A program made the position numbers and the translations under genes. The notes beneath the pieces were generated by a model. It was given only the letters and a program-made list of their open reading frames with translations, had not been told where the DNA came from and made no database searches. This document shows, piece by piece, positions 38,645 to 48,823 of a stretch of DNA of 64,000 bases (the stretch's first letter is position 1; each line of letters opens with the position of its first letter). Source of the DNA: a virus; IMG/VR virus record IMGVR_UViG_3300033182_000157, positions 1 through 64,000 of that record; one strand, given 5' to 3'.

Positions 38645-39256
38645 ATGACAAATATTAAAGAACAAAATGGAATACACGTAGAAGGACATATTAAAATATA
38701 TGACCCTGAAACTCAAGAAGTTTATGTGAATAAGCGTAATGCTATCCACTATGAAAACATGAGTATTGCTTTAGCAGAAAGTTTGGCTAACGCAGGTCAA
38801 GGTAATATTTACGAAATGTCGTTTGGTAATAGCGGTACTAGTGTTGACCCTACAGGGATTATCACATACTTAACTCCAAACTCTACAGGTACTAATGCTA
38901 GTTTGTACAACCAAACTTATAGTAAGGTTGTTGACGATCGCAGCACAGAAAATACAGACCCACTAAGAAATAAAATTGAAACACGTCACGTAACTGGTGC
39001 AAACTACACTGACATTGTTGTAAGTTGCTTACTAGACTACGGTGAGCCAGAAGGCCAAGATGCGTTTGATAACTCTACCGATACTGAAGGCTTGTTTGTA
39101 TTTGACGAATTAGGTTTAAAAGCAAAACGCACCACAGGCGATAACTTGCTTATTACCCACGTTATTTTCCACCCTGTTCAAAAGTCATTAAACAGACTTA
39201 TTCAAATTGATTATACAATTCGTGTACAAAGTTTAACTGGCGGCGGAGAAGGATAA
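38645..39256 (+). CDS. Virion structural protein (baseplate wedge, gp8-like position)
   Basis: Between the giant wedge gene and the fibre genes; FVFDELGL..LLITHVIFHPVQKS.NR.IQIDYTIR. Confidence 0.6.
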   Translation: MTNIKEQNGIHVEGHIKIYDPETQEVYVNKRNAIHYENMSIALAESLANAGQGNIYEMSFGNSGTSVDPTGIITYLTPNSTGTNASLYNQTYSKVVDDRSTENTDPLRNKIETRHVTGANYTDIVVSCLLDYGEPEGQDAFDNSTDTEGLFVFDELGLKAKRTTGDNLLITHVIFHPVQKSLNRLIQIDYTIRVQSLTGGGEG

Positions 39257-39257
39257 T

Positions 39258-41351
39258 ATGGCATATACACTCTACTTTACAGACGAAACTAAAGAGCCAA
39301 TTACGGTTGAAGACCTTACTCTTAATAATAGTACTGACTTAAACTTTGTAGGTAAAAATAGATCAGACTACGCTGTTGCTACAGGTGAGAACTTTTTACA
39401 CCTATTAGAAAATTTTGCTAATATTAGTCCACCTAATAATCCAATTGAAGGACAACTTTGGTACAACACAGCACGTAATGTTATGTACGTATTTGATAGT
39501 ACACAATGGGTTGAAACAGGTGGCCTTAAAAAATCTTCTACAGCACCTACAGCACAACAAAGTCAAGAAGGCGACTTGTGGGTAGACGCTGGAACAAAAC
39601 AACTTTACTTATTTGCCAACGGTGCTTGGATCTTAGTAGGTCCTGAATTTAGCGGTGGTAGTAAAACAGGTATTATAGCAGAAGAAGTTATTGACGTAAA
39701 CAGCAATCCATACATGGTTGTTAAAGTTTATATTTCAGGTGAACTTGTAGCAGTGTTTAACTCAGCAGAAGAATCTGCTAGTGTTCCTTACATTCGTCCA
39801 AGAACACGTATTCCAGGATTTGATGTATTATACAAAGGTGTTACATTAAAGAATAGTCCAACTGGAACAAACTTCAAATACTACGGAACTGTAGAAAAAG
39901 CAGAAGCATTAAGTGTTGCTGGAAGCACAATTACTGCTGATAAGTTTTTACGTAATGATACAAGTGGATCAATAAACGGTAACTTACGTATTAAAAATGA
40001 CGCAGGTGTTTACTTAGGTAACGAAGGTACATTTAATCTTCGTGTACTTTCAGGAGCAGGTGTTATTTCAAATCTTGTATCTGGTAGTGACATACAATTT
40101 AAAATTAATGATTCTGGAACAACTATAACTCCATTAACAGTTACTAGCACAGGAAATATTACTATTACAGGTAACATAGAAAATGCTGGTACTATTACAA
40201 GTGCTGGCAGAGTAATTGTAGACAACACTCAAGGTTCAACGAATACAAGTACTGGTTCAATTAAAACTGCTGGCGGCATTGGCGTAGCAGGCGAGTCGTA
40301 CTTTGGTAGCAGTGTAACATTTAACGATGATCTAACAGTAAAAAATATTATTCCATCTGCTGATGCTACTTATACATTAGGTACAACAACAAACAAGTTT
40401 AGTGTTGTTAACGCTGAAACAATTCGTACAGATACATTAAACGTAGAAACTATTACAGGTAGTAACTTAACTATTGAAGGTAACGTAGAAAGTGCGTCAA
40501 CACTTGCTAACGCTACTACATTTAGAATTACAGGTGACGTAATTAGTAATGATATTACTTTTGACGGAGCAGCAAACGCAGGAACTGGTACATTTGTACA
40601 AGAGTTTGAAACAGCATTAGGCTCAGGGTTGATTTCAACTAAGCAGTCATTAGCAGCAGTAGATATTAGCGACAACGACGAGATATTATTAAATGCTGTT
40701 GGCGATGATTTGCGTAAAACAACAGTTGGAAATTTATTAGGTCTTGTACCTACAATGCCAATTGGAACAGTTGTTCCTTACGCAGGTGATTGGACAAATA
40801 CAGCAACTAGACCAGCAGGGTGGTTACTATGCGACGGAAGCCAAGTTAGTCAAACAACTTATGCTGAGTTGTATATTGTATTAGGCGGAGCAAACACTAA
40901 TTACCAACAACAAACACAACCAGATCCAGGAAACTTTTATTTGCCGGATTTGAGAGGAAGAACAATATTTGGTGTAGATACAATGAATAACGTTGTAGGC
41001 ACCGGCGGCGGAGCAGCAAACAGAATTGCTGATAATGCCGCAGCAAGTTTAGGTGCGTTTGGAGGATCAGAAGAAAAAGTTCTTGATGCTAGTAACTTAC
41101 CAGACCACACTCACAACTTTACATCAAATGGGCAACAATTTTATGCGTACAGAGACTTTAATGACGGGGCAACAGGTAATGGTATATCTGTAACAGACTC
41201 TGGTACGACAACTAATGGGGGCCAGTTACTAAACAATGCTGGCGACACTGTTGATGCTGACGGTAACACAGTTAGTTTATCACAGCCGCTAAACGTACTA
41301 AACCCATTTATGGCCCTTAACTTTATTATATACGCTGGGGAAACTTCATAA
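39258..41351 (+). CDS. Tail fibre with C-terminal tail-collar domain (short-fibre/gp12-like)
   Basis: Shared N-terminal LLENFA domain; PIGTVVPYAG..PAGWLLCDG..YAELY..FYLPDLRGR; LPDHTH; NPFMALNFII. Confidence 0.8.
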   Translation: MAYTLYFTDETKEPITVEDLTLNNSTDLNFVGKNRSDYAVATGENFLHLLENFANISPPNNPIEGQLWYNTARNVMYVFDSTQWVETGGLKKSSTAPTAQQSQEGDLWVDAGTKQLYLFANGAWILVGPEFSGGSKTGIIAEEVIDVNSNPYMVVKVYISGELVAVFNSAEESASVPYIRPRTRIPGFDVLYKGVTLKNSPTGTNFKYYGTVEKAEALSVAGSTITADKFLRNDTSGSINGNLRIKNDAGVYLGNEGTFNLRVLSGAGVISNLVSGSDIQFKINDSGTTITPLTVTSTGNITITGNIENAGTITSAGRVIVDNTQGSTNTSTGSIKTAGGIGVAGESYFGSSVTFNDDLTVKNIIPSADATYTLGTTTNKFSVVNAETIRTDTLNVETITGSNLTIEGNVESASTLANATTFRITGDVISNDITFDGAANAGTGTFVQEFETALGSGLISTKQSLAAVDISDNDEILLNAVGDDLRKTTVGNLLGLVPTMPIGTVVPYAGDWTNTATRPAGWLLCDGSQVSQTTYAELYIVLGGANTNYQQQTQPDPGNFYLPDLRGRTIFGVDTMNNVVGTGGGAANRIADNAAASLGAFGGSEEKVLDASNLPDHTHNFTSNGQQFYAYRDFNDGATGNGISVTDSGTTTNGGQLLNNAGDTVDADGNTVSLSQPLNVLNPFMALNFIIYAGETS

Positions 41352-44300
41352 TGGCATACAGAATCAATAGGACAGATGGCACACTGATAACTGAAGTTAT
41401 TGACGGTACTATTGACAGCAATAGTATTGATATAACACTTATTGGTAAAAACTACGCAGGGTTTGGTGAAATTCTAAACGAAAACTTTGTTAAGTTATTA
41501 GAGAATTTTGCGAGTGCTACAAGTCCTCAAAACCCATTACAAGGCCAGTTGTGGTACGATAAAAACGAAAACCGTTTAAAAATTTATGATGGCTCACAAT
41601 TTAGAGCAGGCGCAGGACCTATTGTTTCATCTAGCACACCAGTAGGATTAGTTGCTGGTGATATTTGGATGGATAGCGCAGAACAAATTATGTACTTCTA
41701 CGACGGTGTAGGAGATGCTGACGGAAATCCAATTCCAGCAAGTAGAATTTATAGTAAGACTCAAGGTAAAAGTGGCTTTGAAGCAGAAACTGTAAAAGAT
41801 AATTTATTACAACCTGTAACAGTAACTAAAGTTTATTCAGGTGGTGTGTTATTAGGGTTATATAGTCCAAGAGATTTTACACCGTTAGCAGGATTGTTAA
41901 CAGAATTTGGTACTAGTATTGTTACCGGCTTCAATGCTAGAGCAGATCTTAACTTTACAATTAACAATGCTACAATTGATAAAGCAAACTTCTTAGTAGA
42001 CGGACAAAATATTAAACGTGATGCTTCACAATTTTTGCCAACGTACAAAGACGGACAAATTAACGGTAGTTTAAGTGTTGCTGACAACGATGGTATTACT
42101 ATTGGCGCTCAAGGACAGGTTAGACATTACTTGTCTAGTGAATTATACAGTATTAGCAGTATCTATGACAACCAAAAAGTTGTGTTTGATGTTAGTGTAA
42201 ATGGTGTTCGAGAAAATGCTATTACAATTAATACACCTGAAAGAGCAGTTGGTATATTCCAACCAACTCCGTCATATGCTTTAGACGTTAGCGGCAATGC
42301 TAGAATTACAGGAAACTTGATTGTTGAAGGCGATACAACAACTATTAGCACTTCAGAACTTAGTGTTGAAGATTTAAATATTACACTTGCGTCTGGAGCA
42401 CTAACTCCGGCAGATGCGCAGGGCGGCGGTATTACACTCGCTGGAGCCAATGCTACATTTAATTATGATAGTACAGGTGATGCTTATTGGACGTCATCGG
42501 AAAACTTAAATGTTCCTAGCAGCCATGGTTACTATATTAATAAGGCAAGAGTTCTTAGTTACGATACTTTAGAATCTAGTGTAGTTAATTCTAGTTTAAC
42601 TAACGTAGGGACACTAACAGATTTACAAATAACTGATTCAGCAGGATTGTATTTACAAAATAGCGCAATACAATCAACAAACACAATTTCAATTCAACCG
42701 TCTACAGGTATTGTGATTTTTGGATCAGTCGGCGGAACTCCTTACACAGTACAATTAAAGAACTTAACAGATCCAAGTTCAAATTCAGATGCTGCTACAA
42801 AGGGGTATGTTGATACACTAGTTCAAAACAATGCTGGTGTAAACACTGTACAAGGTCAAAGCGGCACAGTACGTTTTGATTCTAATAGACTACCAGAAGG
42901 ATCGCAAGGTGATGCTGTTTACTTTAACGGTTCTAATTGGGTACCTGCTTCTTATACAAACGGCTTAGACGGTGTTAGTTTAGATTTAAATAGAAAATAT
43001 TATACAGACGAGCGTGTACAAGCATATTTGTCTGCTAACAACTATACAACTACAACTTATGTAAACACTATTCGTGATAATATTGTAGGTACTCCTGCTC
43101 CTCCAAGCAACATGAATTCGTTAGCAGAAATAGCAGCAAGTATCGACAACAACCCAGATTTCAAAGCATACGTAGACGCAGAAGTTGCTACTCGTATTAG
43201 TGCTGGTGTAAACGTATTTGCTGGCGCTGGCTTAGTTGACGCAGGTAATACACAATTAACAAATGATATTACAATTAACGTAGGCGCAGGCAACGGTATT
43301 ATTGCTACTGCTAGTGAAGTACGTGTTGATATGAGTGTGTTTGATACAGATGATTTGTCAGAAGGTTCTGTAAACTTATACTTCACAGCACTTAGAGCAA
43401 GACAAGCACTAACTGGAACAAACGGTGTTATCTATAACGATATTACTGGTGCTATTGCTATTGGACAAGACGTTGCGGTTACTGCTGCTCCAACATTTGC
43501 TGGTTTGATTAGTACAGGTAATACTACATTAGGCGGTACAACTACACAGATTAACTCAACTAATTTACGTTTTGCTGGCTTAGAATTATTAATGAATTCA
43601 GATGAAACTGCTGCTCCGGTTGATAACGTAGCATTTACAGTTGAACGCGGTACATTAAGTAACGTTTCAATTCGTTGGAACGAAACAACAGATCAGTGGG
43701 AATTTTCAAATAACGGTGTTACATTTACTCCGCTAGGTAGTGCAAGTGTGTTTACTGGTGATACTGACGGCGTTCCAGAAGGTATTGGTAATCTTTACTT
43801 TACAACAGCACGAGTTGATGCTCACTTAAACGGCGGCACAGGCGTAACTTATAATACTGGTACTATTTCGATTGGACAAGACGTTGGTACAACTGCTACT
43901 GTAGATTTTGGCAACGTAAATGTTCTAAATGGTTTAGTTGATACTGACAACTTAGTAGTTGCTACTAGAGCAGAAATAGGCAGTATTGCTATTGAAAACA
44001 GTTTGATTACAAACAAAGATCCGTTAAATGCCGCGGTACAAATTGCGGCAACAGGAACAGGGTTAATTGAATTATTAAGTCCTACTACTGCTACAGATAT
44101 GACAATAACACGTCTAACAGCAGACGGCGTATATATTACAAACAATAAGATTACATCTGCTCTTTCTAGTTCTAACTTAGAATTAGATGCTGCGGGCGGC
44201 GGCATAGTTGATGTACTTACAAGTCTAAATGTTACAGGCAACCTTACAGTACAAGGTACTACAACTACTGTAAATTCTACAACAGTAGAATTAGGTGACA

Positions 44301-47281
44301 ATATTATTGTATTAAACAGCGGCGAAGCAGGATTGCCAACATCAAACGCTGGTATTGAAGTAGAGCGCGGAACTTTAAACAATGTATTAATTCAATACAA
44401 CGAAGGTGCTGATGTATGGACGTTTACAAACGACGGTACAACATACTTTAATATTCCGGTTACAACATCAGATTTAGCAGAAGGAAGTAATTTATATTAT
44501 ACTACTGCTAGATTCCAAACTGATTTAACAAATTCAGATACTGATGCGTTAGCAGAAGGCGCAAGTAATTTTTATTACACAAGTACACGATTCTTTAATG
44601 ACTTTACTGCTCAAAACACAGGTAATTTACCAGAAGGCACTAACTTGTATTACACAGACGCTAGAGCAAGAGCGGCTATTACAGTAACTGGTGATGCTAC
44701 TTATGATAGTATTACAGGTGCGTTAGACGTAGATGCTCCAGTAGATAGTGTTAATGGTTATACAGGTGTTGTTGCGTTAACATCAAATGATGTAACTGAA
44801 GGCAATATTAACCAGTACTTTACACAAACAAGAGCAAGAAACTCAGTTCAAGGTAGCACAGGTGTAACATACGATAATCAAACTGGCGATATTAGCATTG
44901 GACAAGATGTTGCTACAACAGCAAATGTTACATTTAATAGTGCTACAATTACAGATACAATTGACGCATCTGGTGTTGTTACAGTTTCAGGTGATAGAAA
45001 TACATTAAATTACGCTACAGATGGCCAGTTCTTAATTACAGGTACAACTAATCCTAACTTTGTAATGTCAATGGGTTACGAAACTAACGCAGACTTTGCT
45101 TGGATTAATGTTGCTGAAACTACGCAAGGCGGACGTAACTTAATATTACAACCTACTGGAACAGACACAACAGGTCGTGTTGCTATTGGTAAAACTACAG
45201 CACAAGCATTACTTGACGTTGCTGGCACAGTAAAAGCAGAAGCAATTGATACACAATCACTCGGTGTTACAAGTCTTGTAGTTGATAGTACAATTGAATT
45301 AATTGGTAATAGAATTGGTACACTAAGCTCTAACGCAGACTTAGAACTAAGACCACAAGGTACTGGTAATGTTTACATTCCAGAAGCATATTTAGGTATT
45401 GGTTATGATAATGATTTACAAGGTCAAACACCTAATACATTAAGTTATGCTCTTGACGTCGCCGCAGGTACAGATGTAACTGTAGGTAGATTTAAGAACG
45501 TTGATTCTACAGCAAACGCAGGTCCGTTTGTTAATATTTACAGAGACTCTCCAAACCCAGCAGACGAAGACTTTATTGGTGGATTACAAATTACTGGTAA
45601 TGATAACTTAGGTTCAGAAACTGCGTACTGTAAAATCCGCGGTCACATTGGCGATTTTACAAGCACAACTAAAGCGTCAAGAACTATATTTGAAAACTAT
45701 AAAAATAATGCGTATGTTCAACATATATACGGCGAAGATGAAGTTGTCTTTAACGAAACAGGTGCCGATGTTAACTTCCGTGTAGAAGGTAACGGCGCCG
45801 CTGACGCATTATTTGTACAAGGTTCTGATGGTAACGTAGGTTTAGGAACACAGAGTCCTGTACAACGTTTAGATATTAATGGTAACATTGGTATCGGTAG
45901 TATTGAAATTGTTACTTCAGGAAGAAATATTACAAATATTGTAGATTATAGTGCTACAGGTCAGTTACAAATTGGTGGCGCAGCAACACTAGGCGATTTA
46001 ACATACACTGCTGCTCATTCATTTAATGGTACTGCTACATTTACTAACTCGACAAACTCTGTAGTAATTAATGGTGCTGAACTAAGGTCGCAAGGTGGTC
46101 TTACAGTAAGACTAGACACCGACGTTTCAGGCGGTGCTAACGAGTATTTTAAAGTAATTGACAATAGTGGCACTGAAAGATTAAGTGTTAAGTCGAGTGA
46201 TGGAACAGTAAAAATTGCTAATGCGTTTACATTACCAGTTGCTGATGGAACATCTAATCAAGTTATAGTGACAGATGGACTTGGTACATCAACTTGGCAA
46301 ACTATTTCAAGTACTATTATTTCAGAAGGTACTAACTTATTCTATACGCAAGGACGTTTTGATACAGCATTTAGTAACAAATCGACTACTAACTTAGGTG
46401 AAGGTTTAAACTTATACTATACTGATGCTAGAGTACAACAAAAACTAGCAGACGTAAGTGGTTCAGTTATTCCTGATACTAATAACGTTTACGATTTTGG
46501 TTCACAGGTAAACAACTTTAGAACAGGTTATTTTGGATCAGGTATTGGTGTAGGTCTAAACACAGCACTTTCAGCAGAAATACACGTAAGCGGCAGCGGA
46601 GACCAAGAAGCAAGAATACAATCTACATCAAATGGTGAAGCATTATTCTACGGTATAGGTAGTGGTACTGGAAACGGCGGCCGCTTTAAAGGTAATCCAG
46701 ATACTTACATAGGTGGATCTAACTCAAGTACCATTTACTTTGAAAGTGGTCTTTCAGAAATTATGCGAATGAACGCAAGTCAATTTATTGTCGGCGGCGG
46801 CGCATACGCAGATACAGCAAACCGTGTAATGATTTCTACTAGTGGCGACATTACATTTGGCACAAACACTACTGCTAACAGAACTGTACAGCAGTTTAAC
46901 AACGCAAACGGTGAAATTGGTAGTATTACAACATCAGGTACTGCTACAGCGTTCAATACAACTTCAGATTACAGATTAAAAGAAGTTGTAAGTAATATTG
47001 ACGATGCGGCAGAGCGTGTTAAAGCATTGAAACCTATCAAGTTTAAGTACTTGGCAGACGAAGATGAATTAGTAGTAGATGGTTTCTTAGCACACGAAGT
47101 ACAAGAAGTAGTACCAAATGCTGTTTACGGTGAAAAAGATGCCGTAGAAGAAGACGGTCGTGTTAAACCACAACAACTAGATCATAGTAAACTTGTTCCG
47201 TTACTAACAAGTGCGTTACAAGAAGCATTAAACAAGATAGACGAACTCGAAGCTCGCCTATCAAATTTGGAAAACAAATAA
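41351..47281 (+). CDS. Long tail fibre with C-terminal intramolecular chaperone (peptidase S74-like)
   Basis: Shared N-terminal domain, internal T.DL.EG.NLY(F/Y)T repeats, TSDYRLKE..LKPIKFKY..GFLAHEVQEVVPNAV..KLVPLL.ALQE. Confidence 0.85.
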   Translation: MAYRINRTDGTLITEVIDGTIDSNSIDITLIGKNYAGFGEILNENFVKLLENFASATSPQNPLQGQLWYDKNENRLKIYDGSQFRAGAGPIVSSSTPVGLVAGDIWMDSAEQIMYFYDGVGDADGNPIPASRIYSKTQGKSGFEAETVKDNLLQPVTVTKVYSGGVLLGLYSPRDFTPLAGLLTEFGTSIVTGFNARADLNFTINNATIDKANFLVDGQNIKRDASQFLPTYKDGQINGSLSVADNDGITIGAQGQVRHYLSSELYSISSIYDNQKVVFDVSVNGVRENAITINTPERAVGIFQPTPSYALDVSGNARITGNLIVEGDTTTISTSELSVEDLNITLASGALTPADAQGGGITLAGANATFNYDSTGDAYWTSSENLNVPSSHGYYINKARVLSYDTLESSVVNSSLTNVGTLTDLQITDSAGLYLQNSAIQSTNTISIQPSTGIVIFGSVGGTPYTVQLKNLTDPSSNSDAATKGYVDTLVQNNAGVNTVQGQSGTVRFDSNRLPEGSQGDAVYFNGSNWVPASYTNGLDGVSLDLNRKYYTDERVQAYLSANNYTTTTYVNTIRDNIVGTPAPPSNMNSLAEIAASIDNNPDFKAYVDAEVATRISAGVNVFAGAGLVDAGNTQLTNDITINVGAGNGIIATASEVRVDMSVFDTDDLSEGSVNLYFTALRARQALTGTNGVIYNDITGAIAIGQDVAVTAAPTFAGLISTGNTTLGGTTTQINSTNLRFAGLELLMNSDETAAPVDNVAFTVERGTLSNVSIRWNETTDQWEFSNNGVTFTPLGSASVFTGDTDGVPEGIGNLYFTTARVDAHLNGGTGVTYNTGTISIGQDVGTTATVDFGNVNVLNGLVDTDNLVVATRAEIGSIAIENSLITNKDPLNAAVQIAATGTGLIELLSPTTATDMTITRLTADGVYITNNKITSALSSSNLELDAAGGGIVDVLTSLNVTGNLTVQGTTTTVNSTTVELGDNIIVLNSGEAGLPTSNAGIEVERGTLNNVLIQYNEGADVWTFTNDGTTYFNIPVTTSDLAEGSNLYYTTARFQTDLTNSDTDALAEGASNFYYTSTRFFNDFTAQNTGNLPEGTNLYYTDARARAAITVTGDATYDSITGALDVDAPVDSVNGYTGVVALTSNDVTEGNINQYFTQTRARNSVQGSTGVTYDNQTGDISIGQDVATTANVTFNSATITDTIDASGVVTVSGDRNTLNYATDGQFLITGTTNPNFVMSMGYETNADFAWINVAETTQGGRNLILQPTGTDTTGRVAIGKTTAQALLDVAGTVKAEAIDTQSLGVTSLVVDSTIELIGNRIGTLSSNADLELRPQGTGNVYIPEAYLGIGYDNDLQGQTPNTLSYALDVAAGTDVTVGRFKNVDSTANAGPFVNIYRDSPNPADEDFIGGLQITGNDNLGSETAYCKIRGHIGDFTSTTKASRTIFENYKNNAYVQHIYGEDEVVFNETGADVNFRVEGNGAADALFVQGSDGNVGLGTQSPVQRLDINGNIGIGSIEIVTSGRNITNIVDYSATGQLQIGGAATLGDLTYTAAHSFNGTATFTNSTNSVVINGAELRSQGGLTVRLDTDVSGGANEYFKVIDNSGTERLSVKSSDGTVKIANAFTLPVADGTSNQVIVTDGLGTSTWQTISSTIISEGTNLFYTQGRFDTAFSNKSTTNLGEGLNLYYTDARVQQKLADVSGSVIPDTNNVYDFGSQVNNFRTGYFGSGIGVGLNTALSAEIHVSGSGDQEARIQSTSNGEALFYGIGSGTGNGGRFKGNPDTYIGGSNSSTIYFESGLSEIMRMNASQFIVGGGAYADTANRVMISTSGDITFGTNTTANRTVQQFNNANGEIGSITTSGTATAFNTTSDYRLKEVVSNIDDAAERVKALKPIKFKYLADEDELVVDGFLAHEVQEVVPNAVYGEKDAVEEDGRVKPQQLDHSKLVPLLTSALQEALNKIDELEARLSNLENK

Positions 47282-47284
47282 ATA
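47279..47284 (+). promoter_or_regulatory. Late promoter TAAATA
   Basis: At the stop of the long fibre gene, upstream of ATG 47312. Confidence 0.55.
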
Positions 47285-47311
47285 CAATAGAACATATTAG
47301 GGGTTCAGGAA

Positions 47312-48811
47312 ATGGCTTATACAATTAACAGTTTTACCGGTGTCAATACAGACATCACACTTGAAGACGGTACTATTAACCAAGCAACTGCGTTAAAGTT
47401 TATTGGTAAAAACTATGCCGGCTACGGGGAGATACAAAATGAGAATTTTTATCACCTATTAGAGAATTTTGCGGGTACTGGAGAACCAGGTAGAAAAACT
47501 ACTGGTATGATTTGGTACGATTCGTCCACAACTAAATTAAGATATTATGATGGACAACGATTCCGCCCAGCAACAGGCGCAGAAGTAAATGGTTCTGAAC
47601 CAGAAGGACAAGCGGCTGGTGATTTTTGGTTTGATAGCCAAAACGATCAAATTTTTGTGTACAACGGAACAGAGTACATTCTAGTTGGTCCACAGTCTAG
47701 TTCACAAGGACAAGTAACACAACTTGAAACTGGGACAGCAAAAGTTGAAAATGAAAACACACTAAAGCCTATTATTAGAGGCTATGTAAATGGTGAAGTT
47801 GTATTTGTTATTTCGGGCGGTACTGACGGTTTTAACATTGACTCAGCAGAACCTGAAAACGCTGATCTAGTTGGATTTACTGTCATTAAGCCAGGCCTAA
47901 CCCTAAAAAATACTCCAGCAGACGGTAAAACAACAGGTAATCAACGCTTTTGGGGTACAGCAAGTGCCGCTGAAAGTCTAATTGTAAACGGCGCAATTCT
48001 TAACGCAGACGAGTTTGTAGAAAAAGCAGATCCAGAAATGACTGGACAAGCACACATTCGTGTTGACGGCGCATCGGGTGGCATCACAATTGGTACTGCT
48101 GACAACTATAAGTTGTACAATCAAGGCAATGATGCTTATATTGCTAACGAAGGCGGCAGTAACATTGTATTTAGGGCAGATGCTACTGACAGATTTAAAA
48201 TTAGTTCAGATAAGTTTTTACCTGTAACAAATAACACTTACGATTTAGGTGAATCGTCGACTAAGTTTAGAACAGTTTATGCTACAACATTTAGTGGACT
48301 TGCTACAAATGCTTCTCAAATTGAATATGATGGTGATGGCAGTGGACTTTATGCAAGGGCAACTATTGCTAATAACACTTTAACTATTCCTGTACGTGAT
48401 TCAAACGGTACAATATTTGCTACAACATTTGACGGTGTATCAACAAGCGCACAATACGCTGACTTGGCAGAGAAATACACTACAGATGAAGAATATGATG
48501 TTGGTACTGTAATGATGATTAGTATGGAAGAAGGCAGTGAAGCAACTGCTTGTACTAAAAACGGTATAGCAATGGGCGTTATTTCAGCAGAACCTGCTTA
48601 CTTAATGAACTCAGAAGCAGACGGCCAGGCAATTGGTTTGAAAGGTCGAGTTCCTGTAAAAGTAGTTGGTACTGTTAAGAAAGGTCAAGCAGTATACGCA
48701 TTTAATGGCGGTGTAGCATCAACAGAAATTAGCGGTTCTTTAGTAGGTATTGCTTTAGAATCTAGTGATGATACTGAAGTGTCATTAGTAGAATGCGTAC
48801 TTAAAGTATAA
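47312..48811 (+). CDS. Tail fibre/spike with C-terminal ADLAE-type (peptidase G2-like) chaperone domain
   Basis: Shared N-terminal domain; YADLAEKY..GVIS.EPAYLMN..IGLKGRVPVKV.G.VKKG. Confidence 0.75.
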   Translation: MAYTINSFTGVNTDITLEDGTINQATALKFIGKNYAGYGEIQNENFYHLLENFAGTGEPGRKTTGMIWYDSSTTKLRYYDGQRFRPATGAEVNGSEPEGQAAGDFWFDSQNDQIFVYNGTEYILVGPQSSSQGQVTQLETGTAKVENENTLKPIIRGYVNGEVVFVISGGTDGFNIDSAEPENADLVGFTVIKPGLTLKNTPADGKTTGNQRFWGTASAAESLIVNGAILNADEFVEKADPEMTGQAHIRVDGASGGITIGTADNYKLYNQGNDAYIANEGGSNIVFRADATDRFKISSDKFLPVTNNTYDLGESSTKFRTVYATTFSGLATNASQIEYDGDGSGLYARATIANNTLTIPVRDSNGTIFATTFDGVSTSAQYADLAEKYTTDEEYDVGTVMMISMEEGSEATACTKNGIAMGVISAEPAYLMNSEADGQAIGLKGRVPVKVVGTVKKGQAVYAFNGGVASTEISGSLVGIALESSDDTEVSLVECVLKV

Positions 48812-48823
48812 TAGGTTTTTATA

